Positions 10,283-21,775 are shown, numbered from the stretch's first letter. The stretch is DNA of 64,000 nt from Vulcanimicrobiota bacterium (GCA_963795855.1 CAWCIZ010000001.1:320001-384000), one strand, 5' to 3'. The notes: generated by a model from the letters alone, not told the origin. Made by a program: numbers and translations.

Positions 10283-10663
10283 CTATGAGGTGCTATAGGT
10301 GACGCCGCTGGCATGAATATGTACGTTGACGGCAGCGCAGATCGGGATCTTTCCGCCGCTGATCACGGCACCGTTCGAGAACACCGCTTTTACATCGTAC
10401 AGTTTGTAATCACGCGTATCGCTCGACATGTCGACGACCGTATTTTCGCCCGAGTACAGAACATGGTCGCCGAGGACGTCGTCTTCCCAGCTCCCGGCTG
10501 CGGTGGGCGCAACGTACAACTGTTCGATAGCGGTATCGGTGTCGTTAAAGACCCGGAACGATTTCGTGCATGCGCCGGCCGGTGCGACTGACACCGCGAT
10601 AGCGGTCCCGAGAAATGCTAAAGCCAGCATGAACGCGGCAATACGCCGCAATAGAAAAGCCAT
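10283..10663 (-). CDS. small secreted beta-rich protein
   Basis: AAAGGA RBS, signal peptide, NDTDTAIEQLYVAP...WEDDVLG...YDVKAVF. Confidence 0.75.
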   Translation of the reverse strand: MAFLLRRIAAFMLALAFLGTAIAVSVAPAGACTKSFRVFNDTDTAIEQLYVAPTAAGSWEDDVLGDHVLYSGENTVVDMSSDTRDYKLYDVKAVFSNGAVISGGKIPICAAVNVHIHASGVTYSTS

Positions 10664-11196
10664 GATAACACGGTCCTTTCGAATGATTGCCTGCCCGCCG
10701 CATCACTATAGCCGGATGTCTGCTGAATTACCATAGGGCGGAAAGCCCACGGAGTAGTAAGCACGCCAGGATGCGCCGCAACACCGAGGCCCTACGGCCG
10801 AACGGCATCCTAAGGTAAACCGAAAGCGTCGCTCCTATATCACCTTTCGGCGGGCCATCGCGTTGCGTATGCAGCGCACCGGCAAATGCCCGCTGCCTTT
10901 TTGTGCAGGAACGCCGACTGAAATTCGCTCTTGCAAATGGCGCGCAAGGATTCGGCGCCGGCGACGCTTGGTGCGCGTGCGACTTCACCGCCGCAAAGCA
11001 CGCCACGGGCCGTTCGTTACAGGTCGCGGAGGCGAAGCATGGCCAGTTCGGATACGGCTGGCTATACGTTTTCGGCCTCGCCGTAGCAGTCGCGGTTACC
11101 AGCGCTAGCAGATGCAGCATTCAACACCTCCCGGCCATGCAGTGCTCGAAACAAGAATAGGGTACGCAAGGCGTTCGTGACAAATGACGCCGGTCG

Positions 11197-11586
11197 TCAC
11201 GTTCGATTATGCCGGCGCAGGAAGTCGCCGAGGCGCGTCCGTTCGCCCGGCGGATACGTCAGCTGGAGTCCGCAGATCAAGCCGTCGTCGGAAAGCTTCA
11301 CCGACATGGTATGGTCCAGCACGAATTCTTCACCGTCGAGTTGCAGAACGTCGATGAAGCGAATGTCCAGCGGCGCGTTCGGGTCGATTTCGTGGCGAAA
11401 CTCGACTGAGTCGAAAACGTTGCGTCCCTTCTCCGATGCGGCGCGAAACGATTCGACGATTTGGTCCGAGCCGATGATGATTTTCTCGCTTGTGTCGTAC
11501 TGCGCACGCTCCGCTAGGCACGCCGCGGCCGCGACGTAGTCGTCGTCGTCGAGCGCTTGGGCGAAGCGGTGCACGATGCGGCACAT
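11197..11586 (-). CDS. SnoaL/NTF2-like protein
   Basis: IVHRFAQALDDDDYVAAAACLA...GSDQIVESF pattern. Confidence 0.65.
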   Translation of the reverse strand: MCRIVHRFAQALDDDDYVAAAACLAERAQYDTSEKIIIGSDQIVESFRAASEKGRNVFDSVEFRHEIDPNAPLDIRFIDVLQLDGEEFVLDHTMSVKLSDDGLICGLQLTYPPGERTRLGDFLRRHNRT

Positions 11587-11703
11587 ACCATGGCTTGGTC
11601 GCCCGCTTGCTTGCCGAATCCTTGTGGGATTCGCCCTGATAAGCGCTATAATAGTAACCTAAGTTACTATTTACTGCGCATATCGCACGCAGGGAGGTTT
11701 TCC

Positions 11704-12075
11704 ATGCAGAGCCTTGATCAACGCGCTCAACACCTCAGTTTCGCCACACCCGAAGAAGTACGCGAGTTTCCGAACGGAAAGGCGGAGATCATCATCATCG
11801 GCGGTTCGGAAATCGGCCGATATACGTTTCGCCCGGGCTGGCGCTGGTCGGTCGACGTAAAGCCAATCGCCAAAACCGACAGTTGCCAAGTCCCGCACAT
11901 GCAATACCATCTGGCCGGACGGGTTGCGATTCAAATGGACGACGGTACGCAGTTCGTCGCAAACCCCGGCGACGTGACGTCACTCCCGAGCGGACACGAC
12001 GCGTGGGTCATCGGTGACGAGCCGGCCGTGACTATCGACTGGTTCGGCGCCAGCACGTACGCAAAAAAGCAGTAG
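11704..12075 (+). CDS. cupin-domain protein
   Basis: GGAGG RBS; FRPGWRWSVDVKP, SCQVPH, PSGHDAWVIGDEP. Confidence 0.85.
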   Translation: MQSLDQRAQHLSFATPEEVREFPNGKAEIIIIGGSEIGRYTFRPGWRWSVDVKPIAKTDSCQVPHMQYHLAGRVAIQMDDGTQFVANPGDVTSLPSGHDAWVIGDEPAVTIDWFGASTYAKKQ

Positions 12076-12087
12076 GGTAACGCGAAC

Positions 12088-12729
12088 GTGAAACCTCGCA
12101 TCTTCGGCACGGCGTTGCCGGTGCTGTTGCTTATCAGCGCTCCGGCCGCCGCGCAAGTCGCCTCGCCCAACGCGTTCGTCTACAACATGAAGTTGAGTTC
12201 GGGACAACGCGGCATGGACATTTCGCTGGCCTTTACGGTTACTGCGACGGATAGCGACGGCAACCGAAAGGCCGTCGCCGTCGTGAGAGCGCCGAAAATG
12301 GTGCCGCTGGACGGCAAGAAATTCGATGTGACCGTCGATCGCGCAGGCGTCATTACCGTCGGAAGTACGGGAACATTCACGACCGGCGGTGCGGCCGAAG
12401 CGAAGGCGAACAGCGCCGCCGCGATCGGGCCGCTGCTGCAAATGATGATTAATCCGCTCAACGTGTTCGCCGCGGGCTGTGCCGCGGCGCCGTCGCAAAA
12501 AGTCGGCACGACGTGGCATGCGTATTCGAGCGCAGTGATGACGGACGTCGTGTTCACGATCACGGGGCGCGAACAGCAAGGCGGTCACAACACGATCGCC
12601 GTCACAATGTCGTCGCCGGGATCCGGGGCAAGTGTGACGGGGAAAGGTAATTACGACCCGGCCGCGCGTGTCGTCGTGAACGTACATTCGGAAGTGCGCC
12701 AAGCCGCAGGCGCGCGCGAACTGAAGTGA
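12088..12729 (+). CDS. secreted hypothetical protein
   Basis: 213 aa, Sec signal peptide ending APAAA. Confidence 0.7.
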   Translation: MKPRIFGTALPVLLLISAPAAAQVASPNAFVYNMKLSSGQRGMDISLAFTVTATDSDGNRKAVAVVRAPKMVPLDGKKFDVTVDRAGVITVGSTGTFTTGGAAEAKANSAAAIGPLLQMMINPLNVFAAGCAAAPSQKVGTTWHAYSSAVMTDVVFTITGREQQGGHNTIAVTMSSPGSGASVTGKGNYDPAARVVVNVHSEVRQAAGARELK

Positions 12730-12793
12730 TGGACGCCGCACTCGCAAGTCCGTAACGCCGTCACGATCGGAGTTGCTGCGCTGTTATTCGCAT

Positions 12794-13048
12794 ATGAACG
12801 CAGCATCGAACGGTCGTGTTCTTCGCATCGCGTTTGCCGCTTCACTCGCGGTGCATTTGATCGTCGCGGCGGTGTTGTATTCGCGCCCGGTTACGGCGGC
12901 TCCCGAACAAATTCCGGAGCACATGCACGTGTACAAGTTGCAACTTCCGCCGCCGACGCCTACTCCGCCGCCGCCGAAGCCCGCGCTGCCGCATCCACAG
13001 CGCAAGAGCACCGCCGTGCTGCCGGCGATACATCGCGTGCGATTGTCA
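12794..13048 (+). pseudogene. truncated TonB-like protein (N-terminal half)
   Basis: SLAVH TM anchor and PPPTPTPPPPKP linker; runs into the convergent csaA with no TonB C-terminal domain. Confidence 0.55.
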
Positions 13049-13387
13049 GTACAGGCGCGCGCCGTTCGTGACGTTTTGATCCGGGCGAACGAGAACGACG
13101 GCGCCGTTCGCATCGGGAACGCCCAACACGAGGACGTCGCTGGAAAAGCCCGCAATTCTGCGCGGCGGAAAGTTGACGATCGCCAGCACTTGCTTGTCCA
13201 CTAAATCCGCGAGCGCATAGTGCGCCGTAATTTGCGCGCTCGACCGTTTCACGCCGATCTCGCTTCCGAAGTCGATCGTCAGTTTGTATGCGGGTTTGCG
13301 CGCTTGCGGAAATGGCTCCGCTGCAACGATAGTGCCGGTGCGCACGTCGAGGGCGGCGAAGGCGTCCAAAGACGAGATTTGACTCAC
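13046..13387 (-). CDS. csaA: tRNA-binding protein CsaA
   Basis: LDVRTGTI, ARKPAYKLTIDFG, SSAQIT, VNFPPRRIAGF; GTG 13387. Confidence 0.9.
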   Translation of the reverse strand: MSQISSLDAFAALDVRTGTIVAAEPFPQARKPAYKLTIDFGSEIGVKRSSAQITAHYALADLVDKQVLAIVNFPPRRIAGFSSDVLVLGVPDANGAVVLVRPDQNVTNGARLY

Positions 13388-13451
13388 GATGCCGCCTGTT
13401 GGCGCGGCAAGGGGACGACGCCTGCGCAGAGAATCCAAGGCGGTCGCCCGT

Positions 13452-13527
13452 GCCAAGGTAGACCAGTTGGTAGAGCACGTGACTGAAAATTACGGTGTCG
13501 CCGGTTCGATTCCGGCCCTTGGCACCA
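13452..13527 (+). tRNA. tRNA-Phe(GAA) with mismatched D-stem
   Basis: acceptor GCCAAGG/CCTTGGC-ACCA, anticodon loop CTGAAAA, GGTTCGA T-loop; D-stem GACC/GAGC. Confidence 0.8.
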
Positions 13528-13535
13528 TCTAAGAA

Positions 13536-13564
13536 GCAGAGCCCCGCGTTATGCGGGGCTCTGC
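13536..13564. terminator. hairpin between tRNA-Phe and convergent DoxX gene
   Basis: perfect 12-bp stem GCAGAGCCCCGC/GCGGGGCTCTGC. Confidence 0.65.
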
Positions 13565-14113
13565 GATTTCTCCGGTGACGGCGTTTCGCCGGTTGTCGTT
13601 TCTTGCGAAAACGTTCGCTGCGAAAGCATCGAAATTGCGCCGGCGACCGCGCCGCCGACCGCAAGCCACGCATGCAGCGGACGCAGTCTTCTGCCCGAGG
13701 CCGGTTAGACCGTCGAACGAGAACGATCCGTAGCCCTCGTTCGCGAGCACGAGCGCGAGCGCGAGATACATTACGTTCATCTCGTAGCCGCCGCCCGAAT
13801 TCCAGTAGCCCTTCGCTCGATGCACCGTTTCTATGGCGACGAGCATGACCGAAACCAAAAGCGCGGGCCCTATCGGACCGAAGGCGCCGATTGAGATGAG
13901 CGTGCCCGCCGTAAGTTCCGTTGCCGACGCTGCGGTCGCGAAGCGCTCGCCGGGCCGAAATCCGAGCGAATGCATCATCTGCGCGGCTTTGTCGGGGCCG
14001 GGTCCGTCGAACGCGCCGAAAAGTTTCTGCGCGCCGTGCGCTGCCAGCGTTCCGCCGAGTGCGAGGCGGGCTGCCAGCAGCGCGGTATTGCGAAGCGTCT
14101 TGTCGATGTCCAC
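13549..14113 (-). CDS. DoxX family membrane protein, one frameshift near 13696
   Basis: RLALGG...HGAQKLFG, GGYEMN; last TM helix found in the adjacent frame ending TAA 13549. Confidence 0.85.
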
Positions 14114-14115
14114 GT

Positions 14116-14676
14116 TTAACGGATGGCTTGACGGCGCGCCGTGCGCAGTGTGACGCGCACCGCGGATCCTGCGGGCACGCTCATGTTGGTGCGGTTGTTG
14201 CGTGCGATGAGATAACCGCCGGCAGCGCCCAAGAAACCGCCCATGCCGCTCGCCGCGTGAAAGATTGTTTTGCCGAGAATGTTGCCGACGATCATACCGG
14301 CAAGCGCGCCGCCGACCTCTTTGAGCGCATTGTTCTTGGTTTTCGCCTGCATGCCGGTCACGACGCCGTCTACCGCGTAGGTTGCTCCGCTCGGAAGTAC
14401 GAGTTTCGTGAAGGTCATTTGCAACTGCGCCGGACGCCCTTGCCCCGCACGAACGACGCGGGTCACGGAGCCGTACATGTGCGCTCCTTTAACCGAACCG
14501 TCTTCCGAGGTGACGTTTGAGAGTGTGACGGGTTGGCCGGCGTACGCGCTGCCCGTGTCGACGTTGGAAGTAATGACGCCGGCATATTGTGCGCCCGCAT
14601 ATGGGGCTGCGCCAGCGACCTGCGCCGCAAAGAGAATGGTTAGAACCGCCGCCGCGGACGCAAAAACATGACGCAT
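14116..14676 (-). CDS. secreted protein with glycine-zipper segment
   Basis: GGAGG RBS, signal peptide, GGALAGMIVGNILG...GAAGGYL. Confidence 0.7.
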   Translation of the reverse strand: MRHVFASAAAVLTILFAAQVAGAAPYAGAQYAGVITSNVDTGSAYAGQPVTLSNVTSEDGSVKGAHMYGSVTRVVRAGQGRPAQLQMTFTKLVLPSGATYAVDGVVTGMQAKTKNNALKEVGGALAGMIVGNILGKTIFHAASGMGGFLGAAGGYLIARNNRTNMSVPAGSAVRVTLRTARRQAIR

Positions 14677-14720
14677 ATCGTTGAAGACCTCCTGAACTGG
14701 TGGTAATCGGCTAAAGCGAG

Positions 14721-16130
14721 TTACCCGCCTTTGGCGATTTCCCAGCTTCGCAGAATATGGGCTGCAGCCGCGCGGCCGGTCGCAACGCAATCCGGAATAC
14801 CGACGCCGCGGTAAGCGCAGCCGGCAAGCGCAAGGCCGGGCAGCGCATTCACATGCTGATCGATCGCTTCGACGAGTGGTACGTGCCCGACCGCGTACTC
14901 CGGAAGTAGCCGGTTCCACCGTCGCGTAACCGCGAATTCCGGTTCGGCCGTTATGCCGAGCAGCGCGTGAAATTCGTCGCGCGCGATGTTCGCAAGTTCC
15001 GCGTCGGGCAATTCGACCAGTTGCGGCTGGAGAGCGCCGCCGATAAATGCCCGCAGCAGCATCGCGCCGCTGGGCGAGCGTTCGGGGTACTTTTGCGTCG
15101 CGATCGTTGCCGCGGTAATCCGCCGGTTTTCGATATACGGGACGACGAAGCCAGGAGTGGACGGCAGCGGCGGAAGCTCGCGCGCGTCGTACGCAACGTT
15201 GACCGTGGCGATCGAGTTGTAGCGGATGCTTTCCAGCAGCTCCTGCAAGTTGTGGATCGCAATCACGGATGGCGCGCGCTCCCGCATACGCGGGCAGCGC
15301 GCACACCACGGCGTCGGCTTGCGCACGCGAGCCGTCCGCGAATGCGATTCGCCATTCGTTCTCGGCGCGAGCGATCGCGACGACGTCACTCGCCGCGCGC
15401 ACGTGCGGTCCGATGATGTCGAGCATGGCGTCGACGATGCTTTGCAGACCCCCGCGCAAACTCATCAGTTGCGGATTTGCACCGTGTGAAGTACCGGCGC
15501 CGCCGTGCGCGCGCATCGCTCGAGTCAGACTTCCATACGTGCGCTCCATCTCGACGAATTGCGGAAGCGTGGCTTGCATGCTCAGGCGCTCGGGATCGCC
15601 GGAATAGATGCCGCCGATGAGCGGTTGCGCGAGCCGTTCGAGCACTTCAAGTCCGAAGCGGCGCGTCACGAACGAAGCCAAACTCTCGTCTCTCACTCGA
15701 CAATCGTGCGGGAACGAACGGCTCCAATGCCGCTCGTGCCATACCCGGTACGCTGAAGATGCCGCTGGTCAGCAGCGCGGGCAGCGACTTCGGCGAGAAC
15801 AGCCGAAACTCGCTCGGAATCCGGTGCAACTTGCCGCGATGCACGATACGCGAGCCGCGATACTCCGCGCGCATCGCGAACGAGTTCGCGTTCGAGGTTT
15901 AAGCGGCGTAGCAGATCGCGCGCGGCGGGCTTCTCCGCGAGCAGCGAATCGGGCCCGAGCTCCATCGTATAGCCGCCGTCGTGCAGCGTCTGAATGCAGC
16001 CGCCGGCACGAATGCTGCGTTCGTACACTGCGAGGTCGAGGTCTACTCCGCGTTCGCGTTTTGCGTCGAGAAGATCGAGCGCGGCGGACAAGCCGCTCAC
16101 GCCGGCGCCTAGGATCGCTACGCGGCGCAT
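14721..16130 (-). CDS. hemG: HemY-type protoporphyrinogen/coproporphyrinogen oxidase, multiple frameshifts
   Basis: GAGVSGLSAA FAD motif, ELGPDS, PLIGGIYSGDPERLSM, YRGVGIPDC across several frames. Confidence 0.9.
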
Positions 16131-17011
16131 TGCTCGACGAGATCCGCCAGCATTCGAATGAACAGCGGATGATCGTTGAGCGCGGCGGCGCGCTCCATGC
16201 GCACGCCCGCTTCGCGCAGCTGCATTCGCGGCGTCGACGTCGAGATCGTAGAGTATCTCCACATGGTCGCACAAGAAGCCGATGGGCGCGACGATCGCTT
16301 CCCGTATGCCGTGCGAGGGCAAGTCGCGCAGGACGTCTCGCACGTCCGGCTCGAGCCACGTGTCCGCGGGCGAACCGCTGCGGCTCTGATAGGCGATCTG
16401 CCAACACGCGGCGCGCGACGCATTCTGCGACGAGGCGCGCCGAACGCTGAGATTGCGCGACGTAAGGGCTCGCATCCGCCATCGCCTGCGGAATACTGTG
16501 CGCGGTAAAGATCAACGCAACGCCGTCGAACGCATCTTTGCCGAGCCGCTTCAGCGCTTCGAGCACGCGCTCCGCATGCGCCTGGACGAAAAGCGGCCGG
16601 TCGTAATACGGCGGAACGTACGATCGCGTCGGGAATCAAGCCGGCGATATTTGTCCCAACTCGCCGGACTTTGATGCGCAGCCAGAATGACGACGACCGG
16701 CCGAGTGCGGCTTTGCCGCAGCTCGCTCGGCGACGTCGGTCACGAACGGTGCGGCATTGACGTACGCCGGACGAACCGTTGCATCGATGCCGCGGGCCCG
16801 GCAGTTCGCGCGCAAGCGCATCCGCCTGACGCTGCGTGAGTTCGTTGAACGGCGATTTGCCGCCGATGAGCTCGTAATGCTGGACGACTGACTTCGTAGC
16901 GCGCTTGCGGCACGGCCGGCCGTGCAGCACGCGATCCAGAAACGGACGGATCTCGTCCGGCGCTTTCGGGACCGCCGAAGCCCAGCAGCACGACTGCGTC
17001 GCACGCGTCAT
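16118..17011 (-). CDS. hemH: ferrochelatase, multiple frameshifts
   Basis: LLGFGGP, HYELIGGKSP, FTAHSIP, YQSRSG...WLEPD, PIGFLCDHVEILYDLD. Confidence 0.9.
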   Translation of the reverse strand: MTRATQSCCWASAVPKAPDEIRPFLDRVLHGRPCRKRATKSVVQHYELIGGKSPFNELTQRQADALARELPGPRHRCNGSSGVRQCRTVRDRRRRASCGKAALGRSSSFWLRIKVRRVGTNIAGLIPDAIVRSAVLRPAAFRPGACGARARSAEAARQRCVRRRCVDLYRAQYSAGDGGCEPLRRAISAFGAPRRRMRRAPRVGRSPIRAAAVRPRTRGSSRTCETSCATCPRTAYGKRSSRPSASCATMWRYSTISTSTPRMQLREAGVRMERAAALNDHPLFIRMLADLVEQCAA

Positions 17012-18055
17012 CGCGCGCTGCATTCGTGCACCGCATCGATCAGCGCAAGCACGTTGTCGACCGGCGTTTCCGGCAATATGCCATGTCCCAAATTGAAGAT
17101 GTGTCCCGGCTTGCCGCCGGCGCGCCGCAGAATATCGCGCACGCCGCTGCGCGCATCCTCGCCGGCGTTGCAAAGAGCAAGACGGGATCGAGATTTCCCT
17201 GAACGCCGACGCCGTCGCCCAACCGTGCCCACGCCTTCGTCCAGTTCGACGCGCCAGTCCAGGCCGATGACGTCGCCGCCCGCATCGCGCATATCGGTCA
17301 GCAAGCGCCGGTCATCGTTCCGAAATGAATCACGGGCATGCCCGGCGCAATCGCGTCGATCACTTTGCTGAATGCGGAAGAACGTAATCGCGGTAGTCGT
17401 GCGGCGAAAGCGCGCCGACCCAACTATCGAAGAGTTGCACGGCGTGCGCGCCCGCATCGATCTGCATGTTAAGGTAGGCCGCGGTAAGTTGCGCGACCAC
17501 GATCCATGAAGCGATGCCACGTCTGCCGGATCGCGGTACATCAGCGATTTCGTGGCGACGTAGTTGCGCGAGCCTCCGCCTTCGATCGCGTACGATGCGA
17601 CGGTGAACGGCGCGCCCGCGAACCCGATGACCGGCGCCTCGTTGTCGAATTCCTTGCATACGAGCCGCACCGTCTGCGCGACGAATCCGAGCGATTCTTG
17701 CACGCTGACCGGATGCAGCGCGTCGACGTCGCCCATCGGTGCGCACGGTGCGCTCGATGCGCGGGCCGTCGCCCTTTTCGTACGTCAGTCCGGCGCCCAT
17801 CGGCACCAGCGGCAGCAGGATGTCGGCGAAGATGATCGCGGCATCGACGCCCAGCCGCCGAACCGTATCGACCGTCACCTGTGCCGCCGCGTCCGAGTCC
17901 CGGCAAAGTTCGAGAAACGAGAAGCGATCGCGAATGCGCCGGTATTCGGGCAGATATCGTCCCGCTTGCCGCATCAGCCAGACCGGCGTATATGGGGCCG
18001 GCTCGCGCCGGCACGCCCGCAGAAACGGGTGATCGGCTAGGGCGTGCGCGGGCAT
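17008..18055 (-). CDS. hemE: uroporphyrinogen decarboxylase, multiple frameshifts
   Basis: PVWLMRQAGRYLPEY, AAIIFADIL, IGFAGAPFTVASY, QLFDSW, IFNLGHGI. Confidence 0.93.
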
Positions 18056-18156
18056 CGTAGCGCTGCGTTCATCGAGTGCATCCGGCGTCCTTTTTGACTA
18101 ACCTGCGGCCGCCCAGTCTACCGATAAGCAGTTCTGGACACTATTTGGGGGCGTGC

Positions 18157-18981
18157 ATGAAATCGCGTTTTCGCCCGCGTGCTCGTGCTTCGTTCTCGCC
18201 ATGGCGCCGATCGCGGCGCCGCGCATCGCACGCCAGCTGCGCGTCGGCTCGGACATCTCGTACGCGCCGCTCGAATTCTACGCGGGCCATTCCAAGCAGG
18301 TTCAAGGCTTCGACTACGATCTGGCTCAGGCGCTCGTCCGCGCAGATCGGTGACGGCCTTCGATTTCAAAACCACGACTTCAACGACTTGATCAAGATCT
18401 CAACGGCGGCAAGTACGATCTCGTCATCTCCGCGATGTCGGACACGCGCGAGCGCTCGAAGACGGTGGATTTCGTCGACTATTTCTTGGCCGGCAGCGGC
18501 ATGCTGGTGCAGGCCGGCAATCCGCATCACATCTTCAATCTCGCGAGCCTGTGCGGCATGACCGTCGACTTGGAACGCGGCACGTCGCAGGAGACCGCGC
18601 GTCGCAGGCGCAGTCGCAAGAAGTGCGTCGCGCTGGGACTGCACCCGATCACGATGCAGGCGTATGCGACCGACGACGAAGCGCTCCGGCATTTCTTGGC
18701 CGGCGAATCGATGGCGCACATCTCCGACTATCCCGTCGTCGCGCATCTTGCGCGCACGCTCGGCGGCGGCAACAGCGTACATGGTTGGCGGACAGCAGTT
18801 CGGCGTGATTCCGTACGGCATCGCGGTTTCGAAGAAGAATCCGCAGCTGCGCGATCGCGTTCAGACGGCGCTCAAAGCCGTCATCGCAAACGGCACCTAC
18901 GATCGCCTGTTGCGCAAATGGGGCCTGCAGCAAGGCGCGATGCGCTCCGCGCCGGTGAACGCCGGAACGAAATTCGAATAG
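18157..18981 (+). CDS. polar amino acid ABC transporter substrate-binding protein, frameshifted
   Basis: VGSDISYAPLEF, GFDYDLA, MSDTRERSKTVDFVDY, YGIAVSK, NGTYDRLLRKWG. Confidence 0.85.
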
Positions 18982-19689
18982 CTACGGCGAAGCGTCACTC
19001 CGAGCGTGTTCTTGAAAAACCGGACCGCACGCTCCCACGCCTCGTGCGCGGCGGCCGCATGGTAGTGGCCTAACCCCGCGTTGCCGGGCTGGGTTCGGAT
19101 TGCAGAAGCCGTGTTCTGCGTCGTACCAGTACACTTCGTGCGGCACTTTGCCTGTCTTCAGCCGCTCTTCAAACTCGCCGACCTTGTCGGGTGTGAAAAA
19201 CTCGTCGTGAGTTCGCGTAATGGCATTGCAGCGGAATTTCGATCGTGCCGGGATCGCCCGCTTCCGTCGGCGGCAACCCGTAAAAGGCAACGGCGGCGTC
19301 CGGTTCTTTCAAATGCATTGCAGCGAGCAGCGCGAGCGCGCCGCCCATGCAGTATCCGGTGACGCCGGCTCTTCTTGCCGTTCTTCTTGAGATGTTGCAG
19401 CGCGCCGCGCACGTCTTGCGATATGCGTCGTCCGAAAGTCCAGGCCTTCGACCAAATGGTTGGCCTCGTCGCCCACCGCGGCGGTTCGCCCGCGAAACAG
19501 ATCGGGAATCAGCGCGCGATAACCGAGCGCCGCGTAGCGGTCTGCGATGTCCATGATTCGCGGCGTAACGCCCCACCATTCTTCGATGATGACCACGCCC
19601 GGTGCGCTCCGCGTCTTTTTCCGGCGCCGCGTAATAGCCGGGCGCACGCCTTGCCGTCGGGCCGCATGAACTCGATTCTTTTGTCCCAT
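18982..19689 (-). CDS. dienelactone hydrolase family protein, frameshifted
   Basis: EEWWGV, ALIPDLFRG, GVTGYCMGGA, YDAEHGFCN. Confidence 0.88.
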
Positions 19690-19701
19690 GGGCCGGATAT
19701 G

Positions 19702-20063
19702 TTATGCTGTCGCGCCGGCGCCTTCCTCGGAGTCCTGCCGGTCGAGGTTTTCGGCTTTTTCGCTGACAAGCCACCGGTTCGCGGCCTCGATCTGCTTCGG
19801 CGTCGTCGCGCGATTGCAGCCACGTCAAAATCGCCTCGTCGGTCGTGTTCGTACGAATGGCGGCGTCGAATTGCGCCGGGCGTGATGCCCCAGCGCTCCA
19901 AGACGCCCTTGTCCATCGGACACGGATAGATGTAGTCGTGAATCGTGCCGCTCGCGGATGCGCGCGCTTTGTCGAACAGCGCGCGCAAGCCACAGTACGC
20001 GCCGCCCAGCGGCTCGCGGCCGCGCCGCGGGAACGTTTTGCCGTCGCGAAAATCGGTTGCCAT
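19702..20063 (-). CDS. DUF5069-like protein, frameshifted
   Basis: PRRGREPLGG, DKARA, GTIHDYIYPCPMD. Confidence 0.7.
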
Positions 20064-20134
20064 GAGTCGACATAACAGCCTGGCGATCCGGCGACGAGGA
20101 TGCAAAGCGGCGGCTGCTCGCGAACGTAGAGCGC

Positions 20135-20853
20135 ATGCATGAAGAGACGCCTCGTGACGAGCCACGCTGGCATGCGGCATTGGCGTGCCGTGGCGCGCTC
20201 GTGCTCTACGTACGCTGCCGCCCGAAGCTCGTGGTCGGCCCGTTCTGGCTGTTGCCGCTCTCGCTGCTGGCGATCTTGGTGCCGCTCATGGTCGTTCCGC
20301 CGCAGCGCCATCAGGAAGCAACAGTGGCAGCGCCTGCCTCGATCGCGCACATCGCGGTGCTGAACGCTTTCAACGTCGCGACGATCGTGCTGCTTTTCAC
20401 CTGGCAGCTCTCCGCAGCATCATGCGAGGCGATCAACGGGCGAGCAGTTGCTGCTCGCGGCCGTGCAGATTTGGCTCACGAACATGATCGTGTACGCGTT
20501 GTGGTTCTGGGAGATCGACGGCGGCGGACCCGACTCGCGCGGTGCACACGGATGCCGATCGCAGAACTGCGCCGCGCGGACTTTCTTGTTTCCGCAGATG
20601 TCGCTGCGGACCGACGTGCGCGACGCGCATGCGCTGGAGACCGCGGTTTATCGATTACGTCTTTCTTTCGTTCACGAACGCGACGGCGTTCAGCCCGACC
20701 GACACGTTTCCGCTCACCCGACTGGCAAAGGTGCTGATGATGGCCGAGGCGCTGACGTCGCTCGTGACTATCGCGATCATCGCCGGCCGCGCCGTCAACA
20801 TTCTGGGCGGCAGACTATCGCGTGCGACGACGTTCGTGCAATGCTATGCATGA
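20135..20853 (+). CDS. DUF1345-like membrane protein, frameshifted
   Basis: IWLTNMIVYALWFWEIDGGGP, FLFPQM, FIDYVFLSFTNATAFSPTDT. Confidence 0.8.
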
Positions 20854-21610
20854 GTGTGCAGCAAACGAGTACGGCATCGACGGCAATGTCGCCGCGAAAC
20901 GGATAGTCGAGTTCAGCGATGAGCGAGAAGTGACGGCGATCACCGCCGTCAAGGCGAGGACCATCAGGTACTGCGCCTGCGGACGATCGACGCGAAAATA
21001 GAATGAAAACACGACGGTTACCTGCCGGTGAGCAGCATCGTGGCCCAAAGGACGAGCGGGATGCCTTGGCGGTTGTCGTGAATGCGGCTGCGCCGGGCGT
21101 CCAGAAACGTGCCGGCCAAACGTTCGCGCTCGCGTCTGCAGCGCTTGGTCGGCCGCATTGCGCGGGCGCAACGCGGCGACAGTCGCTTCGATATCGTACG
21201 CTGTCGTCGTGCGCTTCGAGGCTCTCGCCGCCGTGACGCATGCTCGGCCATTCGTCGCGTCGACGACGAGTAATGTACCGGTCGACTCGTGCTTTGCAGA
21301 CGCGTGCGCTCGGTTCCGGAAGGCATCCGCGAGGTGATGGAGATCCGACGAGCGCGCTGGCTTCGGTCTGCGCGGTTTGCGCGGCCGTGTCGTACTCTTG
21401 CCAAACGCCGACGACCATGAACGACATCATGACCGCCAGCACGGTGCCGATGATCGTGAGAATCGGGCCCGCGACGTCGTTATGCGTGATCCGTTCGTTG
21501 CGCGTGATGCGCGCCGCGTGAAGGCGAGCGCGCCGCATGCGAGCGCGCACGCGCCGATGACCGAGGCCGATCATAAACAGCCATGCGGGAATGGCATAAA
21601 TCCACGTCAC
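20815..21610 (-). CDS. DUF4239 (bestrophin-like) membrane protein, frameshifted
   Basis: HNDVAG, GTVLAVMMSFMVVGVWQEY, IAELDYPFRGDI. Confidence 0.75.
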
Positions 21611-21704
21611 GCCTGCCCGGTTCGCCGCTGCAACCAGCCGCTCCGGCCGGCGATTGTAGGGCGCGGGCCGCGACCGGGGAGAACGAGGGCCTCGCCCAGC
21701 GTGG

Positions 21705-21775
21705 GCGGGTGTGATGTAATGGCAGCCTGCGACCTTCCCAAGGTTGACGCGCGGGTTCGATTCCCGCCACCCGCT
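21705..21775 (+). tRNA. tRNA-Gly(CCC)
   Basis: GCGGGTG/CACCCGC acceptor, anticodon loop TTCCCAA; CCA not encoded. Confidence 0.92.

Noticed and set aside
14116..15696. HemG fused to a secreted protein (526 aa)
   Set aside because: Frameshift artefact; the downstream gene has its own RBS, ATG 14676 and signal peptide
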